Shown here: positions 41,225-48,793 of the stretch, in pieces
How positions within the stretch are numbered: the first letter of the stretch is position 1
Layout of the letters: each line of letters begins with the position of its first letter
Source: Candidatus Parcubacteria bacterium
GTDB taxonomy: Bacteria; Patescibacteriota; Patescibacteriia; 2-12-FULL-60-25
Length of the DNA: 64,000 nucleotides
NCBI GenBank assembly: GCA_039796615.1
Contig: JBDKJL010000038.1
Span: forward strand, 78,033 to 142,032
Direction: 5' to 3'
Notes under the pieces: model-generated
Databases searched by the model: none
What the model was told of the DNA's origin: nothing
What the model saw: only the letters and a program-made list of their open reading frames with translations
Translations under genes and position numbers: made by a program

Positions 41225-43300
41225 TTACCGTGTTCGCCCATGCCGCAATTTTTTCACTTTCGGTTTTGAGGCGTCGGGGAGTGCGCTGGTTTTGTCGCGT
41301 TTTTTCATCTCTTTGAGAATTTCGTTGATTTCGTCGCGGAGGATGGCGGCGAGTTCGAATTGAAGATCCGCGGCGGCCTGTTTCATCTCGGCCTCTTTTT
41401 GTTTGAGGACAGATTTGAGATCGTGCGTTTCGGCGCCGAGTTCGAGTTTGAGGATTTCTTTCACGTCTTTTTTGTTCGCGGAGAATCCAAGCATGCCGCT
41501 GATATCTTGAAGCGCTTTGATAATCGTTTGCGGCGTGATGTTGTGTTTTTTGTTATAGGCGAGTTGTTTTTCGCGGCGGCGATCCGTTTCGTCGATGGCG
41601 CGTTTCATGGAACCGGTGATCACATCGGCGTAGAGGATCACCTGGCCACGCACGTTACGCGCCGCGCGGCCGATTGTTTGAATCAGCGATGTGTCGCTGC
41701 GTAAAAATCCTTCTTTATCTGCGTCGAGGATCGCCACGAGGGACACTTCTGGGAGGTCGAGCCCTTCACGAAGCAAGTTGACGCCCACGAGCACGTCGTA
41801 CTCCCCTTTACGGAAGTCGGATAAGATTTCCAACCGCTCGATGGTTTTAATATCGGAGTGAATATAGCGCGCCTTCATTTTTTTCTCGGCCAAGTATTCC
41901 GACAAATCCTCGGCCATCTTTTTGGTGAGAGTCGTCACCAACGTTCGGTCGCCACGTTTGGTGACCTCGGCGATGCGGGCAATCACATCGTCTACCTGCG
42001 ATGGATCTCCTTTTTTCTTTGGCGTGATGGGACGCACGATCACCTCTGGATCCACCAATCCGGTGGGGCGAATGATTTGTTCTACGACCTGTTTGGAATG
42101 CGCCGCTTCATATTTTCCGGGCGTGGCCGATACAAAAATGGCCTGCGTGAGCCGTTCTTCGATTTCGTTGAATCGAAGCGGGCGGTTGTCTTTGGCACTG
42201 GGGAGGCGGAAGCCGTATTCTACGAGCGTTTCTTTGCGCACGCGATCGCCTTCGCTCATCCCGCCGAGTTGTGGCACGGTTACATGCGATTCGTCGATCA
42301 CCACGAGCGATCCTTTGGGGAAATACGCAAAGAGCGTATCCGGCGCGTCGCCTTCGTTGCGGCCAGAGAGGTGACGGGAATAATTTTCAATCCCGTTGCA
42401 ATAGCCCAGATTTTCCATCATTTCCAAATCAAATTTAACGCGACGATCCAGGCGTTCGGCTTCGAGCGGCTTATTATTTTTTTCAAAATATTTCAGGCGA
42501 TCTTTTAATTCTGCGCGAATCGCTTTGATGGCACGCTCGCGTTCGGGGCCAAGGGTAATAAAATGTTTTGCCGGGAACACCCACAGATCGTTTTGTTCAC
42601 GCACCACATGGCGTGTGATGTGATCGAGTTTTACGATGGCCTCTACCACGCCTTTGGGAGCCTCGATGCGATACACGGATTCTTCATGCGCGGGCATGAT
42701 CTCGATCACCTCGCCGCGCGCTCGAAAACTGCCACGCGTGAGCTCTTGCGAGGTGCGCGTAAATTGCATCTCGATGAGGCGATCGAGCACCTTGTTGCGC
42801 GTGATGTCTTCGCCCACGGTAACGTGCACCACCGTTTGCTCGTACGCCTCTGGCGCGCCCAGGCCATAAATACAGCTTACGGAGGCGCAGATAATTACGT
42901 CTTTGCGCGTGAGCAGCGCTTGCGTGGCGGCATGGCGTAACCGATCGATCTCTTCGTTCACCATCGCTTCTTTTTCAATATACGTATCACTCCCGGGCAT
43001 GTACGCCTCTGGCTGATAGTAGTCGTAATAGCTCACGAAATATTCCACGGCATTCTCCGGGAAGAATTCGCGAAATTCATTACAAAGTTGCGCGGCGAGC
43101 GTTTTGTTGTGTGCGATCACGAGGGTAGGTTTTTGCACTTCCTGAATCACATTCGCAATCGTATACGTCTTTCCTGTTCCTGTTGCACCAAGCAATGTTT
43201 GAAACTGATCCCCTCTTTTAACACCTTTCACCAACGCCGCAATCGCTTCCGGCTGATCACCGGAGGGCTGGTAGGGGCGATGGAGGTTAAAGGAGGGCAT
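41225..43300 (-). CDS. uvrB: Excinuclease ABC subunit B
   Basis: The start is taken at MPSFNLHRPYQPSGDQPEAI. Supporting motifs are the Walker A GATGTGKT, VIDESHVT, the helicase motifs and the C-terminal UVR domain (AADLQFELAAILRDEI). Confidence 0.95.
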   Translation of the reverse strand: MPSFNLHRPYQPSGDQPEAIAALVKGVKRGDQFQTLLGATGTGKTYTIANVIQEVQKPTLVIAHNKTLAAQLCNEFREFFPENAVEYFVSYYDYYQPEAYMPGSDTYIEKEAMVNEEIDRLRHAATQALLTRKDVIICASVSCIYGLGAPEAYEQTVVHVTVGEDITRNKVLDRLIEMQFTRTSQELTRGSFRARGEVIEIMPAHEESVYRIEAPKGVVEAIVKLDHITRHVVREQNDLWVFPAKHFITLGPERERAIKAIRAELKDRLKYFEKNNKPLEAERLDRRVKFDLEMMENLGYCNGIENYSRHLSGRNEGDAPDTLFAYFPKGSLVVIDESHVTVPQLGGMSEGDRVRKETLVEYGFRLPSAKDNRPLRFNEIEERLTQAIFVSATPGKYEAAHSKQVVEQIIRPTGLVDPEVIVRPITPKKKGDPSQVDDVIARIAEVTKRGDRTLVTTLTKKMAEDLSEYLAEKKMKARYIHSDIKTIERLEILSDFRKGEYDVLVGVNLLREGLDLPEVSLVAILDADKEGFLRSDTSLIQTIGRAARNVRGQVILYADVITGSMKRAIDETDRRREKQLAYNKKHNITPQTIIKALQDISGMLGFSANKKDVKEILKLELGAETHDLKSVLKQKEAEMKQAAADLQFELAAILRDEINEILKEMKKRDKTSALPDASKPKVKKLRHGRTR

Positions 43301-43302
43301 GA

Positions 43303-43557
43303 TTAAAGCTCTTGATTGATTTTTTCCCAATCGACGCGTCCTAACGTGACTGCTTCAATCTCTTTGATCAGATACTTAAGAGCCTGTTTGGGAATGGTGC
43401 GATGTGGGATTGTGACAGACTTATTCGTCAGTGGCCAGTTGACCATGATGTGATCACCATTCCCACCGCTCTTATCGACAATAAATCCAATGCGTGTGAG
43501 TGCTTTAAGAAATTTTTCGCGAGAAAGATCACCCGGAAGGTGGCTAAGCGGCGGCAT
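43303..43557 (-). CDS. hicA: HicA-like toxin (type II TA, mRNA interferase family)
   Basis: This 84-aa ORF has REKFLKALTRIGFIVDKSGGNGDHIMVNW...VTIPH, matching the HicA pattern (Gf..r..GSH.......vtvP.H). It overlaps the upstream partner gene by 14 nt. Confidence 0.65.
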   Translation of the reverse strand: MPPLSHLPGDLSREKFLKALTRIGFIVDKSGGNGDHIMVNWPLTNKSVTIPHRTIPKQALKYLIKEIEAVTLGRVDWEKINQEL

Positions 43558-43876
43558 ACGCCAATTCTTCTCCGGCGCCCTTTTGTTGAAGCGCCGCTTC
43601 TTTTGCGTACGACGACGGAATACCGAATGCGGTTAAAATGGCATCTTCAATTTTATCCGTTAGCTCAGCTCGATCTTTTCCGAATGTCACGATACTCCCG
43701 TAGCGGAAATTTTCACTAACGGCCACGATCATCCCGTCTTCTTGATGGTGATTGAATTTGATCGGTTCGTTATTACGGAAATATTTTTCTAAATCCACCA
43801 GCCCAGACGGGACAGCCTTATGAGATTGGAGATAGGCCTTAAACAGCCAATCTTTGACGATTTTTGCAGGGCTCAT
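43544..43876 (-). CDS. HicB-like antitoxin candidate
   Basis: This 110-aa ORF is translationally overlapped with the HicA-like gene. The core EDGMIVAVSENFRYGSIVTFGKDRAELTDKIEDAILTAFG resembles the HicB N-terminal fold pattern. The gene order (antitoxin first) is the reverse of canonical hicAB. Confidence 0.45.
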   Translation of the reverse strand: MSPAKIVKDWLFKAYLQSHKAVPSGLVDLEKYFRNNEPIKFNHHQEDGMIVAVSENFRYGSIVTFGKDRAELTDKIEDAILTAFGIPSSYAKEAALQQKGAGEELAYAAA

Positions 43877-44160
43877 ATTAAGAGAGTATGCCTGAGTTTT
43901 TTTTGAAAGGCAAGAAAAGAAACACGCCCCAGCAGAATGCCGAGGCGGTCAAAAATAGCACCTCGTTTCTGTTGTCCACGTGCATTGTCGCGCGGATCAT
44001 TCGGCGGAGGGAGGGCCAAATGCCGTTTGCCAATGAGGCGTCTCTCTGTGCCAACATGCCAGAACCACGGCAACAGAAACGAGGCTGATCAAACCCTACG
44101 AAATTTTGGCATGTCTGTCAAGCTTGATATTTTCGATAAAAGTGGGTATGATCTTCCCTT

Positions 44161-45138
44161 GTGATTGACTGGAAAACGCTCCCCCGCCCCATTGTGGCGC
44201 TGGCACCCATGGCCGACATGACGGACTTGCCGTTTTGTTTGGTGTGCAAGGAATATGGAGCGCCGCTGATGTTCCGCGAAATGGTGAGTAGTGAGGCGGT
44301 AGTACGGATGAATCCGAAGACCCTGGAGATGGCGCGGTTCGACGAGCGCGAGCGGCCGCTTGTACAGCAGATTTTTGGGAGCGATCCGGCGGTGATGGCC
44401 GAGGCCGCACGGATCATTGAGGAGCGTTATCATCCAGACGGGATCGATATCAACATGGGCTGCCCGGTGTATAACATCGTGAGTAACTTTAATGGTGCGG
44501 CACTCATCCGCGAACCGGAGCATGCGGCCGCGATCATCAAAGCGATGAAGGCGGCGGTGAAGGTTCCGGTGAGTGTCAAAACACGTTTGGGTTGGGAAAA
44601 AGATACGGACTGTTTGGAATTTGTAAAAGTAGTGGAGGCGGCAGGCGCGGATCTGATTTCGATGCACGGCCGCACCAAAATGCAGGGATACAGCGGTGTG
44701 AGCAATTGGGATCGGATTGGCGAAGCGCGACAAAACACGTCGCTTCCCTTTTTGGTGAATGGCGACATCGTAACGCCAGAGCACGCGAAGGATGCGCTTA
44801 AGCGCTCTGGTGCCGACGGGGTGCTTATTGGTCGCGGCGCTCTTGGCAACCCATGGGTGTTTCCGCAAATGATTGCCGCGTTGCAGCACGGCAAGGATCC
44901 ACTTCCGCCGGCGTTTGAGGATCGTGTAGGTGTGGCGCTGCAACATGCGCGTCTACACGTTGATCACTACGGCGAACGCGGTTTGGTAAAATTGCGCAAA
45001 CACTTGCCGTGGTATTTTAAAAAAGAATTGCGTCACGATTTTCCGCTTGTTGATTTTACGGATTTACGTTCAAAACTTGTCCGCGTGGAAAATATGGCCG
45101 AGTTGGAAGGAATTTTTGAAACAGCAAAAAGTACGTGA
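44161..45138 (+). CDS. tRNA-dihydrouridine synthase (Dus family)
   Basis: This 325-aa ORF starts with GTG. Motifs are LAPMADMTDLPF, DINMGCPV, KTRLGW, HGRT and VNGDI. Confidence 0.9.
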   Translation: MIDWKTLPRPIVALAPMADMTDLPFCLVCKEYGAPLMFREMVSSEAVVRMNPKTLEMARFDERERPLVQQIFGSDPAVMAEAARIIEERYHPDGIDINMGCPVYNIVSNFNGAALIREPEHAAAIIKAMKAAVKVPVSVKTRLGWEKDTDCLEFVKVVEAAGADLISMHGRTKMQGYSGVSNWDRIGEARQNTSLPFLVNGDIVTPEHAKDALKRSGADGVLIGRGALGNPWVFPQMIAALQHGKDPLPPAFEDRVGVALQHARLHVDHYGERGLVKLRKHLPWYFKKELRHDFPLVDFTDLRSKLVRVENMAELEGIFETAKST

Positions 45139-45172
45139 GGAAGATGATGGATAAAACCACACCCCCTCATGT

Positions 45173-45503
45173 GTCATCCTGAGGAAGGTCGCTCCTGCAG
45201 CCTTTGAAAAGGCAATGGGCCGCCAGCGACCGACGAAGGACCCCTTTGTATTGGGAGAGGGTGATGCAACGCACACCGTGTCGCTTTGCAGGAGAGAGGG
45301 AGAAGTGTGAATATGCGAACCTTTGAAGAAGGATTGTGCGTAAACCCTTCCTACAAAGGATTGCAGAGATAGGAACATTTATCTCTATCCTCCAAGAGAT
45401 GTTTCCTTGCTGAGAAATGTTATCAAAAGAAAGGGGTCCTTCGTCGGTCGCGGGCAATGTGTTGCCCTTACATGGGCTGTGGCGCGACCTTCCTCAGGAT
45501 GAC
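45173..45503. repeat. 331-bp nested inverted-repeat element between convergent genes
   Basis: The outer 20-bp perfect inverted repeat is GTCATCCTGAGGAAGGTCGC (45173..45192) paired with 45484..45503. The inner 22-bp perfect inverted repeat is GCGACCGACGAAGGACCCCTTT (45226..45247) paired with 45430..45451. Several local hairpins lie inside. Confidence 0.85.
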
Positions 45504-45536
45504 TTATGAGAGGCATCCATTTTACTCGTCACTTTC

Positions 45537-46808
45537 CTACAACCTCACCCCCAACTCTTTGTACTCATCGTAATAGTCGTAATAGTCATTCGGAATCGCC
45601 GGGAGATAATGTTCTGGGTCCACCGGGATGCCATCTTCGCGCACCTCAAAGTGCAGGTGCGGGCCGGTAGAGAGGCCGGCGCCAGGGTCGCCCGCGCGGC
45701 CGCCAGAGAGGGCGATGGTTTCGAGGCGATCAACGTACGTATCGGGGAGCGCCACGAATTTTGAAAGGTGGGCGTACACCGTAGCAAACCCGCCCGGATG
45801 GATGATCATGATGTAGTTGCCATACATCCGCCCCAAGCGATTCCAGGCCACATATCCCCCGGCCGCCGCTTTTACCGGCGTGCCCACGGAGGCGCGGATG
45901 TCCGTGCCGGGGTGCTCAAAGAGATATCGAAACGGATAGGTGGGGTCATGAAAAATCGCCGTGATCCCTCGCGATGGTTCCACCGGCCAGTTCATCAATA
46001 CATCCCCACGCGCGAGCGCCGTGTCCACGTTGTTTAAGCGCGCGCGAATTTTTTCTTCCAGCTCGGCGATGTCGCCAGCCGTTTCTTGTTGCTGTTGGTT
46101 CAGCTCATACACGATGCGCGAAAATTCTTGCTCTTTGTTGGCCGTTTCGGCAAGGAGCGAGGCTTTTACGTTGTGCTCTGCCTCGAGCGCCAACTGCTCT
46201 TTTTGCAACGCGCGCCGCTCACTCTCCGTGCGCTCCTGTTTTTGCGCACGCTGTTGCTTTTGTTCTTCGAGAGAGGCTTTGACGGTTTTTACACGATCGA
46301 GCAGCGTGCCGAGATCGCCTTGCAGCCGCTTGATTTCCTCCACATGCGCAAAAAAGGTGGAAAGGGATGGCTGCGATAGCAACACGTCGAGCGGGGTAAC
46401 GGTGTCGGCGCGATGCACCTCGCGGATCAGGGAGGCGAGCAGATCGCGTTGCTTTTGGATGCGCGCCTCTTGTGTGGAAATTTCGGCCTCGAGCAAACGG
46501 ATTTCGAGGGTGAGCGCTTCGATTTCTGTTTTGGTGCGTTCGATGGAAAGGGTTTTTTCGGCAATGCGGTTTTCTAAAATGGCCAGTTGATTTTCGAGTG
46601 TTACCACTTCGGTGCGTCCGGCATTAATCTTTTCGCGATAATTGCCGATGAGCGCATCGAGCTCACGCACGCGGCTTTGTTTTTGTTGGATCTCGGTATT
46701 CAAGCCATCAACATCAGCGGATTGAGCATACGCGGCCGGTGCATTCATCGCAAAAAAAACACCCGCCGTCACAATGCCTAACGTCAATAATTGCCGTGAG
46801 AAACGCAT
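45537..46808 (-). CDS. M23 family metallopeptidase with an N-terminal coiled coil (EnvC-like)
   Basis: This 423-aa ORF has a signal peptide, a long coiled coil and a C-terminal LytM domain (HPGTDI...GPHLHFEVREDGIPVDP). Confidence 0.85.
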   Translation of the reverse strand: MRFSRQLLTLGIVTAGVFFAMNAPAAYAQSADVDGLNTEIQQKQSRVRELDALIGNYREKINAGRTEVVTLENQLAILENRIAEKTLSIERTKTEIEALTLEIRLLEAEISTQEARIQKQRDLLASLIREVHRADTVTPLDVLLSQPSLSTFFAHVEEIKRLQGDLGTLLDRVKTVKASLEEQKQQRAQKQERTESERRALQKEQLALEAEHNVKASLLAETANKEQEFSRIVYELNQQQQETAGDIAELEEKIRARLNNVDTALARGDVLMNWPVEPSRGITAIFHDPTYPFRYLFEHPGTDIRASVGTPVKAAAGGYVAWNRLGRMYGNYIMIIHPGGFATVYAHLSKFVALPDTYVDRLETIALSGGRAGDPGAGLSTGPHLHFEVREDGIPVDPEHYLPAIPNDYYDYYDEYKELGVRL

Positions 46809-46840
46809 GGCGAAGAGTATAGCATGCGGGCGAGGTGTTG

Positions 46841-48331
46841 TTATTTGAAATTTACTTTTTGAATGGCTTTCTCCAACCTCTCCATCGACCGCTCTTTTCC
46901 GAGCGCCCAGAGGAGTTCAAAGGGGCCGGGAGATTTTTCCTGGCCAGAGAGGGCTACGCGGAGGGGCCACAGGGTGTCGCCGTTGCCCCAGGCGTTGGTG
47001 GCGATGAGCTGTTTAATGGGGGCTTCGAGGGCTTCTACGGATGCCCAGGAGGGCTCTGGAAGGCCTTGGAGCAGGCTAAGGACGGCGGTAAGGCGCTCTG
47101 CGGCCTCGGCAGGGGTGGATTTTTTCCAAGGGATGATGGCAGGGTCTACATCAATCGTCGGTTTGAGATACGAACCCACGAGCTCCGGGAGCTCCGTAAA
47201 TCTCACCAAACGGTCGCGCACAAGCAGCGCCATACGATCCATGAGGTTGGAATCGTCGGTAAGTTCGCGGAGCTGCTCGCCCGCTTTATCGAGATAGGTT
47301 TCTTTGGGCAGATTGATGATGTATTGGCCGTTCATCCAATCGAGTTTTTCAAAATTCACCACCGCGCCGCCCTTGTTTACTTTGTCGAGTTTAAAAAGCG
47401 TGCGCAGCTCTTGGCGCGTGTAGATTTCGCGGTCGCCGGTGGGGTTCCATCCAAGCAGCGCCACAAAGTTTACGAGCGCGTCGGGAAGAATCCCTTTGGC
47501 GAGATAATCCTCCACGGCTACGTCGCCCTGGCGCTTGGAGAGTTTGCTGCGATCGGCATTGAGCAGCAGCGGCAAGTGCGCATATTGCGGCGGCGTCCAG
47601 CCAAATGCCTCGTAGATAAACAGATGCTTGGGGGTGCTGGTGAGCCATTCTTCGCCACGGATCACATGTGAGATTTGCATGTCGTGATCATCGCACGTGG
47701 CGGCTAGGTGGTATGTGGGCAGGCCGTCACCTTTAATGATCACCTGATCGTCTACCTGCTGCCAGTCGAACCGCACCTCGCCGCGAATAATGTCGTTAAA
47801 CGACACGTTGCCCTTAAGCGGCACGGCAAGGCGGATCACATATTCGTCACCATTCGCAATCCGTTTTTTTGCCTGTTCGGGCGAGAGCGATCGGCAGGTG
47901 CGGTTGTACCCGGGCGGCAATCCGGCAGCCTGCTGCTCTTCGCGCATGCGCACGAGATCTTTTTCAGAACAAAAGCAGGGATAGGCTTTTCCCATTTCCA
48001 CCAGGTTGTCGGCGTACGCGCGGTGCGTTTCTTTGCGTTTACTCTGGATGTACGGGCCGAACTCACCACTCTCCCCCACTTCGCCGTTGGGTTTCATCAC
48101 CACACCTTCGTCTACCGTAATGCCGCAGGCGCTGAACGCCTTGAGCAAACTTTTATCCGCTCCTTCCACATAGCGGCTTTGATCTGTGTCTTCGATGCGT
48201 AAAATAAACGTGCCGCCCTGTGACCGGGCAAAAAATTCGTTGTACAGCACGGTCCGCAGGTTTCCGATATGCAGAAACCCGGTAGGGCTAATGGCAGAGC
48301 GCACGCGGACAGGAAGAGTCATAGATGGCAA
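46841..48331 (-). CDS. gltX: Glutamate--tRNA ligase
   Basis: This 496-aa ORF has the class I motifs PTGFLHIGNLRT (HIGH) and KLSKRQG (KMSKS). Confidence 0.95.
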   Translation of the reverse strand: MPSMTLPVRVRSAISPTGFLHIGNLRTVLYNEFFARSQGGTFILRIEDTDQSRYVEGADKSLLKAFSACGITVDEGVVMKPNGEVGESGEFGPYIQSKRKETHRAYADNLVEMGKAYPCFCSEKDLVRMREEQQAAGLPPGYNRTCRSLSPEQAKKRIANGDEYVIRLAVPLKGNVSFNDIIRGEVRFDWQQVDDQVIIKGDGLPTYHLAATCDDHDMQISHVIRGEEWLTSTPKHLFIYEAFGWTPPQYAHLPLLLNADRSKLSKRQGDVAVEDYLAKGILPDALVNFVALLGWNPTGDREIYTRQELRTLFKLDKVNKGGAVVNFEKLDWMNGQYIINLPKETYLDKAGEQLRELTDDSNLMDRMALLVRDRLVRFTELPELVGSYLKPTIDVDPAIIPWKKSTPAEAAERLTAVLSLLQGLPEPSWASVEALEAPIKQLIATNAWGNGDTLWPLRVALSGQEKSPGPFELLWALGKERSMERLEKAIQKVNFK

Positions 48332-48418
48332 AAGAATACGGGGATTGGCCAGGGTTGTCTATATGCAAAAGGCTCCCAACAAGTGAGAGCCCTTGGCCGC
48401 AGCTCGAGTGAGCAACGG

Positions 48419-48664
48419 CTACGCTTTTTCGGATTTGAGGAGGAGCGGGATTCCGATGAGGAGCGCGATCGAAAAGATTCCCGCCACGATCCACTCCCAG
48501 CGGTCGAGATTGGCCATCGAGCCGAACGCCAAGAGGAGGCTGAGAAGCAGAATACCGGCCAGGACGGTTTTTAGGCCGATTCCTGTTTTCTGCATAACCC
48601 ACTCGATAAACGAAAAATCCCCGCTATCATCAGTCTCCGAATTAAATGAAGGTGCTTGTTTCAC
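48419..48664 (-). CDS. Small 2-TM membrane protein (start uncertain)
   Basis: The ORF track gives 48419..48712 with a TTG start, but that start overlaps the -10 box of the candidate promoter. GTG 48664 has an AAGGAA SD 9 nt upstream. The C-terminal half is hydrophobic (LKTVLAGILLLSLLLAF..., IVAGIFSIALLIGIPLLL). Confidence 0.4.
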   Translation of the reverse strand: MKQAPSFNSETDDSGDFSFIEWVMQKTGIGLKTVLAGILLLSLLLAFGSMANLDRWEWIVAGIFSIALLIGIPLLLKSEKA

Positions 48665-48702
48665 GGTACTTGGTTCCTTTCTTTGTTGAGAAAACCACAG
48701 CC

Positions 48703-48731
48703 ACCATATCAAATTTCCCTCAAGATGTCAA
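48703..48731 (-). promoter_or_regulatory. Sigma-70-type promoter candidate (TTGACA-17-TATGGT)
   Basis: The minus strand reads TTGACATCTTGAGGGAAATTTGATATGGT. Confidence 0.4.
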
Positions 48732-48793
48732 TTACCTTAGACATAACACAAAAAGGCAGCATTGCTGCCTTTTTGGATGCTTCGTGTAACCGC

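Noticed and set aside
44089-44946. A 285-aa minus-strand ORF lies in this interval, together with 44096..44410, 44118..44417 and 44430..44894.
   Set aside because: They are antisense to the dus gene, which has clear Dus motifs. Their compositions are Arg/His-rich and low in complexity, as is typical of GC-rich antisense frames.
45173-45200. CCUGAGGAAGGUCGC at the edge of the nested inverted-repeat element resembles the universally conserved GAGGAAAGUCC of RNase P RNA (P4 region).
   Set aside because: The same 20 nt recur as an exact inverted copy at 45484..45503, which is not how P4 is built. I could not find the partner ACAGAA..GGCUUA-type strand or the other conserved RNase P regions. I treat it as a chance resemblance pending a cmsearch with RF00010.
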